Assembly: GCA_048429085.1 (NCBI GenBank)
Contig: DBFOPE010000211.1
Span: 1 to 57,638 of the forward strand
From: Collinsella sp.
Lineage (GTDB): Bacteria; Actinomycetota; Coriobacteriia; Coriobacteriales; Coriobacteriaceae
DNA length: 57,638 nt
Direction: 5' to 3'
The notes beneath the pieces are model-generated. The model was not told the origin of the DNA, searched no databases, and saw nothing but the letters and a program-made list of their open reading frames with translations. Positions 20,094 to 29,795 of the stretch are shown in pieces; positions within the stretch are counted from its first letter, which is position 1, and every line of letters starts with the position of its first letter. The translations under genes and the position numbers were made by a program.

Positions 20094-20564
20094 TTATAGC
20101 GAACGCAGGCGCTCTAGCTCGGCCTCGGCCTCGGCTATGCGCTCCTCGGTGGACTTCTTGCCGGTGACGCGCACGTTCTTGCGCGCGCCCTTCAGCAGCC
20201 TGATCTCCTCCTCGACCATGGCCGCCAGCCCCTCGAAGCGGTTGGCGTTCACGGGCAGGCCGATATCCATGAGGCACTGCATGTCCAGCATAAGCTGCTC
20301 GCAGTCCGCTATGGCCAGCGTCAGGTAGCGTTTCCTCTCCAGCGCGTTGAACGAGCTGTTAGGGTAGAAACAGTCGGCGCGGTTGACGTTGTACACGATG
20401 CTGCGCGCCGTCTCCACGGTCGGCACCGCGTTCAGCAGCCTGTAGGCCTTGGGCACTACTGAGGAGGACGCCATCAGCTTATTAACCTCCACGCGGATGG
20501 CGATGGCCTGTGTGAAGAACTTGTACTCGGACACCTCGCGGTTGCGCTGGTAGACGCCGCTCAC
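20094..20564 (-). CDS. avd: DGR accessory variability determinant (Avd-like helical bundle), 156 aa
   Basis: GTG start after GGAGG; helical sequence (VPKAYR, ERKRYLTLAIA); canonical position between target and TR. Confidence 0.8.
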   Translation of the reverse strand: MSGVYQRNREVSEYKFFTQAIAIRVEVNKLMASSSVVPKAYRLLNAVPTVETARSIVYNVNRADCFYPNSSFNALERKRYLTLAIADCEQLMLDMQCLMDIGLPVNANRFEGLAAMVEEEIRLLKGARKNVRVTGKKSTEERIAEAEAELERLRSL

Positions 20565-20589
20565 GTGCACCTCCTGGGGAAACTGGCGA

Positions 20590-20640
20590 AAAAAACGGCC
20601 CGCTTCGCGGGCAGGAGGCGACCGCGCAAGGCGGTCGCCT
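20590..20640 (-). promoter_or_regulatory. Tandem hairpins downstream of VR/IMH (retrohoming cruciform and/or terminator)
   Basis: AGGCGACCGC-N5-GCGGTCGCCT (20616-20640) and GCCCGC-GAA-GCGGGC (20598-20612) followed by CG-T7. Confidence 0.75.
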
Positions 20641-20668
20641 AAAAGCAGAGTATAGAGCACTCGGCTGG

Positions 20669-21577
20669 CTAGCCGACGAGGAAGCCGGGGCGGGGGCGAA
20701 CCCAGACGTGCGTCGCCGAGGTGCAGTAGGCATAGCCGTTGCTGTTGACATAGCACACGTAGGACGCGGAGCCCGACGCAACGGAACGCAGCCACCAACC
20801 GCACCGATTTCCGTTGACTCGGTGCGCCGTGTCTCGGAACAGGTCAAACTGGCAGTCGAAGCCCACGCTGTAGCCTTTCGTCCCCCACGCGGGGCAGCCG
20901 TACACCTCCATCTCCGACAGCGAGAACACCTTGCCGATATCCTGCCAGCTCCACGAGTTGGAGTCGTTGAGCGCGCCGCTGGCGCTGTACCGCTCCTCAA
21001 GCAGCACGCGCTGGGTAAGCAGGTACTTGGTCAGCCCCTCGGGCAGGCACGCCTCGAAGGCCGTCTCCCACGCCTTGAGGTTGCTGTTGAGGTAGGGGCA
21101 TTTCTGGTCGGCGGTGCCCTGGTTCGTGTTGGTGGTGTTCCACATCAGGAAGCTGTCGTTTGCCACGCCGGTCACGGTCTTGGCCACGGCGATGGGCGCG
21201 GAGGCCACGAAGGCGATGTGGTGGCCTTTGGAGCTGTCGCCGCAGCAGTAGTACGGGTCGAAGTGCGCCAGGAGGAAGCGCACGGACTGCTGGGCCGCCA
21301 CGCCCGACGCGCTTACCAGCGGCACGTCGATGTAGTCTCCCACGCGCAGGCCCGCGAAGTTGCCGTTGGCGGCTCGCTTGTGCAGCGCGTCGTACACGCT
21401 GCCGTTGCCGATCTCTCCCGCCAGGATGGTGGCGATGTTCTGCCCGCCGTACTTGCCGATTTGGCCCTGGCGGTTGTACTCGGCGTTGTTGAGCGCCGTC
21501 TGCGCGTTGCTGCGCGCGGTATCGTCGATGACGTTGAGCGGCTGGCCGCCTACGACCAGCGTCTTTGCATTTGCCAT
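20669..21577 (-). CDS. DGR target protein, putative receptor-binding protein with C-terminal CLec-like (DUF6273-like) domain
   Basis: FSLSEMEVYG, WWLRS, VRPRPGF; VR at the 3' end; last gene of the tail module. Confidence 0.88.
   Translation of the reverse strand: MANAKTLVVGGQPLNVIDDTARSNAQTALNNAEYNRQGQIGKYGGQNIATILAGEIGNGSVYDALHKRAANGNFAGLRVGDYIDVPLVSASGVAAQQSVRFLLAHFDPYYCCGDSSKGHHIAFVASAPIAVAKTVTGVANDSFLMWNTTNTNQGTADQKCPYLNSNLKAWETAFEACLPEGLTKYLLTQRVLLEERYSASGALNDSNSWSWQDIGKVFSLSEMEVYGCPAWGTKGYSVGFDCQFDLFRDTAHRVNGNRCGWWLRSVASGSASYVCYVNSNGYAYCTSATHVWVRPRPGFLVG
20680..20808 (-). repeat. DGR variable repeat (VR) with GC-rich IMH end
   Basis: 11 differences from TR, all at TR adenines. Confidence 0.95.
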
Positions 21578-21586
21578 TTATCCTCC

Positions 21587-22324
21587 TTAGGAAAGGGTTA
21601 CCGTGCTGCCCGATACCGAGCACGTGCTGCCGAACGTCACCGTGTCCCCGGATACCGACGCCTTGCCGGCAGGGCAGTAGACCGTGCCGTCCATGTAGAT
21701 GAACTTGTCTGTCGCGTCGGCGAGCATCGTCGCGAGCTGGCCGTTCTGGCGGCGCAGCTCGGCGATGTCGGACTCGCCGGCGGCGCCCTGCGCCGCCGCG
21801 TTCGCGATCTGCAATGCCGCGCTTGCCGCCGCATCGGCCCTCGACGCCGCACCGCTAGCGGCGGATGCCGCATCGAACGCGGATTGACCGAGCCGAGATA
21901 GCTCAGTGCTCCACTTCCTATAGAGCTCGTCGAGCTCCTGGTCGTAGCTGACGGCAGGCCCTGTTGTCCCGTCCACATTTCCCAGGATGACGAGCGCGAA
22001 GTCCTCGGTCGTCTCGGAGGCCCCGTTGGCGCTGTAGAACTCGAAGTATGCCAGCCTGCACCTGCCGGTGCCGTTGACGGCCTCCGGCGCCAGCGTGGCG
22101 CTCACCGATACCGTGCCGACGGTGGCGGCGCAGCGAGCCCACGTGCCGTCGGCATGGAGCACGCACAGGCGCGCTGACTGGTAGGTCGGCGTGTAGGCGG
22201 CGCCGTCCGTGGTGAGTGTCGCGGTCACCCGCTGGGTCTGGGTCTCGCCCCGGCGCACGGTGACGCGCTGCGGGATGGTGCCCGGGCGCTTACGCATGTC
22301 GAGTGATATGGCGTGGTTGATCAT
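21587..22324 (-). CDS. Baseplate upper-like (BppU-like) tail protein
   Basis: Start MINHAISLDMRK; beta-rich N-terminus, Ala-rich coiled coil; position in tail module. Confidence 0.55.
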   Translation of the reverse strand: MINHAISLDMRKRPGTIPQRVTVRRGETQTQRVTATLTTDGAAYTPTYQSARLCVLHADGTWARCAATVGTVSVSATLAPEAVNGTGRCRLAYFEFYSANGASETTEDFALVILGNVDGTTGPAVSYDQELDELYRKWSTELSRLGQSAFDAASAASGAASRADAAASAALQIANAAAQGAAGESDIAELRRQNGQLATMLADATDKFIYMDGTVYCPAGKASVSGDTVTFGSTCSVSGSTVTLS

Positions 22325-22719
22325 TCCTTGGCCTCCAGCGCCCTGAGCGCGGCGAGCGCGGCCTTGAAGGCCTCGACCGGGTCGACGGCCTCGGCCCCCT
22401 CCCCCGTCTCGTCGGCCGTGGCCGGCTGCGGGTCGACGATGGCCGAGAGCGCGTCGAAGCACGCCACGGTGGCAGCCGTGCGCTTGTCGACGTACCCGGC
22501 GGTCGCCAGCGGGATGCCGTTGACCGTGGGGTCTGGCTTGCGGACGTCCGCGGCCTTGACGACCTCGCGCGAGCCGTCGTCATACTGGGCGACAAATATG
22601 AGTCCGGCGTCCTCGGCGCGCTGGAGCACGTCCGGGTCGTACTCCGTCAGGCACTGCTCGTTATTGCCGATGATGTCGTGGACCGCGTAGCCCACGACGA
22701 TTTTCTTGCTTGCTTCCAT
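22321..22719 (-). CDS. Hypothetical tail-region protein
   Basis: Start MEASKK after AGAAGGA; coupled to neighbouring genes. Confidence 0.6.
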   Translation of the reverse strand: MEASKKIVVGYAVHDIIGNNEQCLTEYDPDVLQRAEDAGLIFVAQYDDGSREVVKAADVRKPDPTVNGIPLATAGYVDKRTAATVACFDALSAIVDPQPATADETGEGAEAVDPVEAFKAALAALRALEAKE

Positions 22720-22740
22720 TCCTTCTTGTCCTTTCATCTC

Positions 22741-25700
22741 TTATCCGCTCCACCCGGACGGCATGGTCGACACGCCGATCAGCAGGCCGTTCCTGAACTC
22801 GAGCACCGACGATGTCTGGGACTGGTCGTTGAAATATTTCTTGCCGTTCTCCGTGTAAAGCGGGTGGTATGCCGCTCCGACCTTGGTCGTCAGGCCTGAC
22901 CACGTCGTGACGCTCGTGTCGGCGCTGCCGCTCACGCTGAGCCTCGGGGTCGAGACTCGCACGACGCCCTGTCCCTGCAGCTGCAGTCCGTGGTAGATAA
23001 TCGACGGATTGTCGATGTCATGTGACGTTGAGGAGCATTCGATGTATCCGTACTGCGTGCCGTCCTTGAACCCAGCCAGCTTCCCGCTCGAGTCGAGTTC
23101 CATGGCGTACCCGCTGCTGCGGTTTCCACCGGTGAAGCTTCCGGTCGCCGTGATGTTCTTCGCCGTCATGTAGTTGGTCGTCAGCACGCCTTCCTTGAGG
23201 TTCCACGAGTTGCGCCCCTTTGCGTCCGCGAGAGTCCCGGTTGCGATGTATGTCGCGTTGACGTAGACCCTGTTGTTGCTCATGTAGAGCCCCTGGTCGG
23301 CACCGTTGTTGGTCAGGCGGTCGAAGATGGCCTTCTGGTCCATCTGCTCGTCGTAGGCGCTCAGGATGCCGTCGGCGTAGTCCGACGCGTTCTTCTGCTC
23401 GATGGCGTGGCGCGCCCCGGTCGCGGCATCGGCGTAGTCCTTGACCGCGCTCGAGTAGGCTCCGAATGCGGCGTCGTACTCGTGCATGGCAGCCTTGAGC
23501 TCCTCGGCGGTCTTGCATATGAGCACCTTGCTGACCTTGTCGGCATAGGAGCCGTACATGCCGCCCTCATCGGTCGTGCCGAAGGCCTTGGTGTAGCGGG
23601 GGCCGAGGACGGACGAGAGGAACTGGGCGCTGAGGGCCTTGTTCGACTTCAGCGCGTTGTACTGGCTCGTGAGCTCCTCGCGCTCTTTGTCCACGTCCTG
23701 CTTGGCCTTCTTGACCGCCGCCCTCTCCGCCTCGGTCACCACACCGTCTTTGGCGAGGTCCTGCACCGTCGTGTCGAGGCCGTTGAGCGAGCCCGTCAGG
23801 TCGTGCGCGCTCTGATAGGCCTTGTTGTACGCGGCTTCCAGCACCGGCGCCGTGTGGGTGACGCTGCCGTCGCCGTAGGTGACGCGCTCCATCGACCAGA
23901 CGAAGTATCCGTTCGACCATTGCGGGAGGTCCTCGGACCATCCCAGCTCTGGGTTCTGCGCATTAATTGGCGGCACGCTGTCCGACTGGTTCCTCGCGTA
24001 CAGCTTCACGCGCGAGACGATGGCACTGCCGGCCATCTGGTTTGATCCGTTGATGGCCTTGGCGAGGCACGGCGCGGTGTACGTGACCGAGCCGTCCGTC
24101 CACGTGATCTTGCTCCTCGTCCAGATGTACTTGCCCTTCGCCCACGCGGGCTGGGCCTCCGACCAGCTGCCGCCGGACTGCGCCGTGGAGCTCGTGGAGA
24201 GGTAGTGCTGCTCGACGATGCCGCGCACGCCGGTACCGGTCGAGCCCTTGTCGCCCTTGGCGCCGTCGATGCCGCTGATGCACACGGGCTCGCTGTACTC
24301 GATGTCGCCGGACTGCATGGTGGTCTTGGTGCGCGTCCAGATGTACTTGCCCGACACCCATTGCGGCGCCGTGGTCTGCCATCCGCCCTGCGGCTCGGTG
24401 ACGCGCGACGTTCCCTGGGCGTACTCGACGTCCACCGACGCTATCACGGCATCGGCGACGGCGATGTCCTTGTCGCCGAGCTTCGCGCCGGGGCCTAGAT
24501 GGACCTCGCTCTCGTCGAGGTTCCAGTAGTTCTTGCCACTCCTGTCTTGGATGGTTCCGGCCTTGATCAGGTCGCCCATGAGCGTGCCGACCGTGATGAG
24601 GTCGGCGGTGAAGCCCGCGCCGGTGCCGAAGGTGCGCCAGTCCCACGAGCCGTCGGCCTTGCAGCCGGAGGCGATGCGGAAGCCCTGCGAGCACAGCTGC
24701 ATGGCGCTGCCCTTGCCCGTGGTCGAGCGGCCGTTTGCGTCCATGGGTACGGATGCGTAGATTGTCCCCTGCTCGAAGCTGGTGAAGGTGTAGCTGCTGC
24801 CGGACATGTTGAACTGTGTGTTCATCGCGTCCACGACCTGCTGGAGGTACGACGGCGGCGTCGATGCCGCCACGTCCCAGCTGGACGAGCGCTTGGACAG
24901 GCTGGACACTTTCTGCTGCTGCGCCAGCAACATGTCCGCAATTGTCTCGGTCACGTTGCCGAGCGTCACGCGGACGGTGCCGCCGAGCTCATCGGTGACA
25001 AGCTTGGTCACGCGGCCCTCGCAGCGCAGCGCCGGGCTGAATGCCGTATCGACGATCTGGACGTCGTCGCCCACGGCGACGCCCTCCCACTCGCGTCCGA
25101 ACTGCACAAGGTCGACGGCGTCGGCCTCGTAAGTCACTCCCGGCTCTTTGCGGGAGCCGAAGTACGCGCGGGTCTCGGCGAGCAGCGTCGCCGCGTCATC
25201 GCAATTTGGATTTTCATATTGCCCGAACACGTGCGCGCGCCCGCCCCTGCCGTCGGGTCGACCGTAGAGCTTGAGCGCGGTCGCGTCCTCCACGTAGTTC
25301 TTGCCGTTGTTGATGTCGCCGAAGGTCAGCTTGCGGCCGTATCCGCCCGTGTCGGTCTCGATACCCTTGCCGTAGCCGTAGCAGGCAGTGATCGCCCCGT
25401 AGTGCTCGGTGCGTGATACCGATGTCAGGTCCTTGGTGTAGGTGAACCGGCGGTGGCCGCCCTTCGCGCCTCGATGCGAGCGGATGCCCACCCTGCGAGA
25501 GGCCACCCTGCCGCCGGATACGGTGATTTCAGTCTCAAGCTCGCCACCGCATTTCAAGATTGACTGGAGCGCCTCGCGCGACGAGGTGTGGTAGAAGGTC
25601 AGGCCCTTGTCGACGGTGCCGGTCTGGTCGACCGTTCCGGCGGTCCAGCGCGTCGGCGCAAGGCAGACGTTCAGTGCCTGGAGGAAGCCGTAGCCGTAGG

Positions 25701-25995
25701 GGCGCTTGTCCTCGATATAGTCGCCGTACGTCTCGCAGATTGAGTTGATCGCCGTGTCCGTGTAGACCGTATCGCCTCCTGCGTGGAGGCCCTTGGGGTC
25801 TTGGCAGACGTGCTCGTGGACCTTGCCGAGGCGGTCGGCCCACACGAGGCGGTAGCCCTGCTTGAGCGCGAAGGTCGTGGCGATGTCCACGCTGTCCTCG
25901 CCGTTGAGCTCGTCGGTATGGGTGAGGGCGAGCAGCTCCTCGGGGCCGATTGTCGATACGTAGGCGTCCTGCCACGTGTATACGTCAATTCGCAC
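22741..25995 (-). CDS. Tail-associated (Tal/host-specificity) protein
   Basis: 1084 aa after Dit; N-terminal phage minor structural domain; three WxxxxPxWxxGxY/FxW-type repeats; short collagen-like GxKG run. Confidence 0.8.
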   Translation of the reverse strand: MRIDVYTWQDAYVSTIGPEELLALTHTDELNGEDSVDIATTFALKQGYRLVWADRLGKVHEHVCQDPKGLHAGGDTVYTDTAINSICETYGDYIEDKRPYGYGFLQALNVCLAPTRWTAGTVDQTGTVDKGLTFYHTSSREALQSILKCGGELETEITVSGGRVASRRVGIRSHRGAKGGHRRFTYTKDLTSVSRTEHYGAITACYGYGKGIETDTGGYGRKLTFGDINNGKNYVEDATALKLYGRPDGRGGRAHVFGQYENPNCDDAATLLAETRAYFGSRKEPGVTYEADAVDLVQFGREWEGVAVGDDVQIVDTAFSPALRCEGRVTKLVTDELGGTVRVTLGNVTETIADMLLAQQQKVSSLSKRSSSWDVAASTPPSYLQQVVDAMNTQFNMSGSSYTFTSFEQGTIYASVPMDANGRSTTGKGSAMQLCSQGFRIASGCKADGSWDWRTFGTGAGFTADLITVGTLMGDLIKAGTIQDRSGKNYWNLDESEVHLGPGAKLGDKDIAVADAVIASVDVEYAQGTSRVTEPQGGWQTTAPQWVSGKYIWTRTKTTMQSGDIEYSEPVCISGIDGAKGDKGSTGTGVRGIVEQHYLSTSSTAQSGGSWSEAQPAWAKGKYIWTRSKITWTDGSVTYTAPCLAKAINGSNQMAGSAIVSRVKLYARNQSDSVPPINAQNPELGWSEDLPQWSNGYFVWSMERVTYGDGSVTHTAPVLEAAYNKAYQSAHDLTGSLNGLDTTVQDLAKDGVVTEAERAAVKKAKQDVDKEREELTSQYNALKSNKALSAQFLSSVLGPRYTKAFGTTDEGGMYGSYADKVSKVLICKTAEELKAAMHEYDAAFGAYSSAVKDYADAATGARHAIEQKNASDYADGILSAYDEQMDQKAIFDRLTNNGADQGLYMSNNRVYVNATYIATGTLADAKGRNSWNLKEGVLTTNYMTAKNITATGSFTGGNRSSGYAMELDSSGKLAGFKDGTQYGYIECSSTSHDIDNPSIIYHGLQLQGQGVVRVSTPRLSVSGSADTSVTTWSGLTTKVGAAYHPLYTENGKKYFNDQSQTSSVLEFRNGLLIGVSTMPSGWSG

Positions 25996-26694
25996 CTAGA
26001 GCCACCTCTCCTCCCATTCGAGCGTCGCGGTGCCGCCGCTCGTCTTGATCTGCTGCACGCCGTCGAGCGAGAAGAAGTCGCTCGCGACGGTCACGGGCCA
26101 GTCCGCGCCGTTGACGGTGCAGCGCTCGGCGCGCATGTCCAGCACGACGGTCTGCGCGCCCGTGAACGACGCCTCGACGCGGGCGAACCGCCCGGTCGAG
26201 ACGTTGGTGATTGTCCAGCTCGAGCCTGCCGGGGGCCTGCACGTGACCGTAGGGTAGGCTCTGTAGTTGCCCCCGGCGGCGACGGCGCGCTGGGATGCCG
26301 ACACCTGCTCGGAGCGCCGCTGCCCGTAGGCGGCGGGGTCTGCACAGTAGAACCCGAGCGTGAGATTCGGCATGTGTGCGTTGCGCCCCTGCTCCGCCCC
26401 TCCCCTGTAGCGCGCGAGCATGTAGCGCTCGGGGGCGTCGTCGAGCACGAGGGCCTTCTCGCCACCGGACAGCGCCGAGGCGAGCACGGCCCTTGCCTCG
26501 GCGACCTCGTCGAGGGAGCCGCCGACGATGTTGCAGTCGACCGCTATCTCGACGGGCTCGAGGCCCGTGGCGCGGACGTGTGTGCCGTCCATGCCGGGGA
26601 CCTCGGTCTCATCGAGCCGCACCTTGGGGACAATCGGTCTCGTGACCTTGGTCACCAGCAGGTACGGCGTTAGGTCGATTCCGCCGAATATCAT
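25996..26694 (-). CDS. Distal tail protein (Dit)
   Basis: Start MIFGGIDL overlaps the TMP stop; EVPGMDG, FYCADPAAYG, C-terminal WEERWL. Confidence 0.8.
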   Translation of the reverse strand: MIFGGIDLTPYLLVTKVTRPIVPKVRLDETEVPGMDGTHVRATGLEPVEIAVDCNIVGGSLDEVAEARAVLASALSGGEKALVLDDAPERYMLARYRGGAEQGRNAHMPNLTLGFYCADPAAYGQRRSEQVSASQRAVAAGGNYRAYPTVTCRPPAGSSWTITNVSTGRFARVEASFTGAQTVVLDMRAERCTVNGADWPVTVASDFFSLDGVQQIKTSGGTATLEWEERWL

Positions 26695-29162
26695 GCGAAC
26701 CCCCTTGCGGCGAGCGTGTGCCTGCCGCGCATCGCGATGGCGGAGGAGACGCGCTCCGAGTCGATGTACAGGTTTCCGTCCTTGTCCCGGATCTGCTCGA
26801 GGACGGACAGGATGCCGGCGAGGGCGTCGTCGGAATCCTCCTCGGGACGCGCCGGGGTGTAGACAGCGGACGGCGCGACGGTCAGGCCCGTCGAGAGCAT
26901 CCCCTGCGCGGTGTCCATGGCGCCGCTGATGGCGAAGACCACGGTGCCGGTGCCGGAGCCGATGCCCTGCGCCCAGCCCTGCATGAGGGCCTTGCCCGAG
27001 AAGGTCGTGTAGCCGTGCCCGGAGAAGGGGCCGACCTTTGCCGGCGAAAACGGGAAGAAGGAGCGGATTCTGGAGACTGCGCCGGAGACCGCCGAGGTCA
27101 CGGAGCCGATAGCGGACATGATGCCGTCCTTCAGGCCGTTGAGTATCGACTTGCCGGAGTTGAAGAGCCAGTTTCTCGCACCCGAGAAGAACCCGGTGAT
27201 CTTGCCCTTTATGCTCGTGACGGTCCTGTAGACGGAGTTGATTCCGTTTGACGCTGCGCTCTTGATGCCCTCCCAGATGGACGAGCAGGCGCTCTTGATG
27301 CTCCCCCACATGCTCGACCACGTGGAGCTGATGCTGTTGAGCACGGAGCTGATCACGCCGTTGACCTGATTTATCGCCGAGTTGACGGAGAACTTGATGC
27401 GTCCCCATACGACCTCGGCGAAGTCGCGGACGGTGTCCCACACGCTCGACCAAACCGAGCTGATTCCGTTGAGCGCGGACGTTATCACGGACTCGACGAC
27501 CCCGATGGCCGCCCGCACGGCGAACTCAATCTGAGACCAGACGAGCTCGGCTACCGACTTGATGGTGTTCCAGACCGTATCCCAGTCGCCGCTTATCGCG
27601 GCGGTGACCGTGGAGATGACTGTCTGCACCACGGCCATCGCGACCTGGACGGCAGTGGAGATTGCGCCCATCACGCCAGTCAGGACAGCGGAGATCGCGG
27701 GCCAGACCGCGTTCCAGACGGCGGAGATGATGCCCATCGCCACCTGAATCGCGCCCTGGATGAGCGGCATCGCCGCCAGCACGGCGGACAGCACGGACTG
27801 CACGGCGGGCATGGCGATGGCGACGAGCTGCGAGACGGTCGTCATTACGTCCGCGATGACACCGACCAGGAAGCCGATGACCGGCGACAGCGCCTGCACG
27901 ATGCCGAGCACCACCTGTATGCCGGTGGAGAGCACCGGCAGCACGGCCTGCGCGATGTTGAGCAGCGCCGTGCCGATTGGCGCGGTGAGCGGCGCGATGA
28001 ACCCGATTGCCGCCTTGATGCCGTTACCGACGGATGTGGCCACGCCAAGGATGGCCTGAAGCGCCGAGCAGATCTGCGAGGAGTCCAGCTTCGGCAGCTT
28101 GATACCGATGCCGGCGAGCGCCCCGACGGCGATGTTCCACGCCGTGGCGAGCGCCTCGGACACGATGGGCGTGAGCACCGACGCGATGCCGGAGAGCGCC
28201 GCGGGGAGCGCCTTGATGATGCCCTGCCCGATCTGTGCGACGCGCGGCGCGATGTTCTTGGCGACCGCGCCGACGGACGTGAGCAGCTGCTCGGTGAGCT
28301 GCGAGAAGTCCACGTCGTCTCGGCCCAGACCGGTGAGGAAGTTCTCCCACGATGCCTTGGCCATGCCGATGGAGCCGGAGATGGTCGTCGCGGCCTCCTT
28401 GGAGGTCGTGCCGGTGATGCCCATCTCGGACTGCACGGTGTGGATCGCCTCGACCACGTCGGCGTAGCTGTCGATGGTGAGGTCGGCGGTCTTGCCCTGC
28501 GCCGCGCGCAGCTTGTTGGCGTCCGCGATGAGTCGCTCCATCTCGGACTTCGTGCCGCCGTAGCCCAGCTTCAGGTTGTCCAGCATCGTATAGTTTTGCT
28601 TGGCAAAGCCTTGGTAGGCGTTCTGGACGTCGGCCATGTCCGAGCCCATCTTGTTGACGTTGTCCGCCATGTCGCCCATCGCCGTGTTGGCGGACTCGGC
28701 GGCCTTCGCCACGTCGCCGCCGCACGAGCTCACGAGCGATGCGGCGAAGCTGGTCGCCTGGGTCATGTATTGGTTGGCGCTCATGCCGCACGTCTTGTAC
28801 GCTTCCGCGGCGTATCCCTGCAGTTTGCCGGACGCGGAGCCGAAGAGCGTGTCGACGCCGCCGACCAGCTGCTCGTAGTCGGCGTATGCGGATACCGCAG
28901 CGCCGCCGATTGCGGTCACCGCCGTGGTGAGCGCGCCCATGCCAGCCGCGGCGACGGTGCCCACGCCCCTGGCGACGGTGCCGAGCCCGCTCAGCAGCCC
29001 GCTGGAGCGCTTGACCCCGCCGTCCACGCCGGAGGTCATCGAGTCGCCGAATGACTTTCCGGCCTTGGAGCCCGTGTCGCCGAACTCCGAGCAGATGCTG
29101 CCGGCGAAGCCCTTCATGGACGGCATGAGCGTGATGCATGCCGAGCCTACGCTAGTCGCCAT
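26691..29162 (-). CDS. Tape measure protein
   Basis: 823 aa, Ala/Gly/Ser-rich; YQGFAKQNYTMLDNLKLGYGGTK; Trp-periodic repeats. Confidence 0.93.
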   Translation of the reverse strand: MATSVGSACITLMPSMKGFAGSICSEFGDTGSKAGKSFGDSMTSGVDGGVKRSSGLLSGLGTVARGVGTVAAAGMGALTTAVTAIGGAAVSAYADYEQLVGGVDTLFGSASGKLQGYAAEAYKTCGMSANQYMTQATSFAASLVSSCGGDVAKAAESANTAMGDMADNVNKMGSDMADVQNAYQGFAKQNYTMLDNLKLGYGGTKSEMERLIADANKLRAAQGKTADLTIDSYADVVEAIHTVQSEMGITGTTSKEAATTISGSIGMAKASWENFLTGLGRDDVDFSQLTEQLLTSVGAVAKNIAPRVAQIGQGIIKALPAALSGIASVLTPIVSEALATAWNIAVGALAGIGIKLPKLDSSQICSALQAILGVATSVGNGIKAAIGFIAPLTAPIGTALLNIAQAVLPVLSTGIQVVLGIVQALSPVIGFLVGVIADVMTTVSQLVAIAMPAVQSVLSAVLAAMPLIQGAIQVAMGIISAVWNAVWPAISAVLTGVMGAISTAVQVAMAVVQTVISTVTAAISGDWDTVWNTIKSVAELVWSQIEFAVRAAIGVVESVITSALNGISSVWSSVWDTVRDFAEVVWGRIKFSVNSAINQVNGVISSVLNSISSTWSSMWGSIKSACSSIWEGIKSAASNGINSVYRTVTSIKGKITGFFSGARNWLFNSGKSILNGLKDGIMSAIGSVTSAVSGAVSRIRSFFPFSPAKVGPFSGHGYTTFSGKALMQGWAQGIGSGTGTVVFAISGAMDTAQGMLSTGLTVAPSAVYTPARPEEDSDDALAGILSVLEQIRDKDGNLYIDSERVSSAIAMRGRHTLAARGFA

Positions 29163-29556
29163 CCCGTCCTCCTAATCCTAGAATCTCGTCGATTTCCGCC
29201 CTGTTCGCGAGGGCGTTGCGCTGGTGCCTCTTGAGCTCTGCGAGCTGCCCGGGCGTCTTGAGCGGCTGCGGCTCCTGCGGCGGCCGGTGCTTCTTGTCGC
29301 TCAGCCCCCACGCGAGGCTCCTGAGCTGGTGCTCGATGCGCCAGAGCATGTACGTCTCCTCGCTCCACTTGAGCTCCGGGTACATGCGGCGCGCGCACCT
29401 CGACTCCTTCGGCAACTGCTCCCACAGGAGGGCGGCGCGCCGGAGGTCGTTCGGTCCGCCCTCGAGCGGGAGGTCGTTGCCGTAGTACTGGCGGAAGTCC
29501 GCTACGACTTCTGAGCGGTGCTCTTCGAGCTCGAGGACGAATCCTGGGAGTTTTTT
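29152..29556 (-). CDS. Tail assembly chaperone, -1 frameshift extension (gpGT-like)
   Basis: -1 frame from A AAA AAC at 29550-29556 reads KLPGFVLELEEHRSEVVADFRQYYG...LPKESR to the stop at 29152. Confidence 0.8.
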   Translation of the reverse strand, partial: KKLPGFVLELEEHRSEVVADFRQYYGNDLPLEGGPNDLRRAALLWEQLPKESRCARRMYPELKWSEETYMLWRIEHQLRSLAWGLSDKKHRPPQEPQPLKTPGQLAELKRHQRNALANRAEIDEILGLGGRDGD

Positions 29557-29795
29557 GCCTTCGCCGCCTCGAATGCGGCCTGCATGAGCACGCCCGTGGA
29601 CTCGACGGAGCCGCCGAGGCGCTCCATGTACTCCTCGTCGCGGCCCGCGAAGACGCGCTCGAAGGCCTCGAACATCCCGGCGGGCTCGGTCTCGCTCTTG
29701 GCGAACTGCTTGTTCGTCTTGTAGCTGAGCAGCTCGTCGAGGTCGACGGTGAACTCACCGTCGATGCCGGGGATGGTGAATGTGAGCTCGGTCAT
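29502..29795 (-). CDS. Tail assembly chaperone (gpG-like)
   Basis: Between major tail and TMP; slippery heptamer near its 3' end. Confidence 0.8.
   Translation of the reverse strand: MTELTFTIPGIDGEFTVDLDELLSYKTNKQFAKSETEPAGMFEAFERVFAGRDEEYMERLGGSVESTGVLMQAAFEAAKAKNSQDSSSSSKSTAQKS

Noticed and set aside
19726..20277. ORFs spanning TR (19726-20277, 19857-20060)
   Set aside because: Incidental open frames over the non-coding TR with no RBS or family features
20565..20804. N-terminal extension of the 236-aa ORF 20094-20804
   Set aside because: It overlaps VR out of frame and crosses the hairpins; the GTG at 20564 has a good RBS
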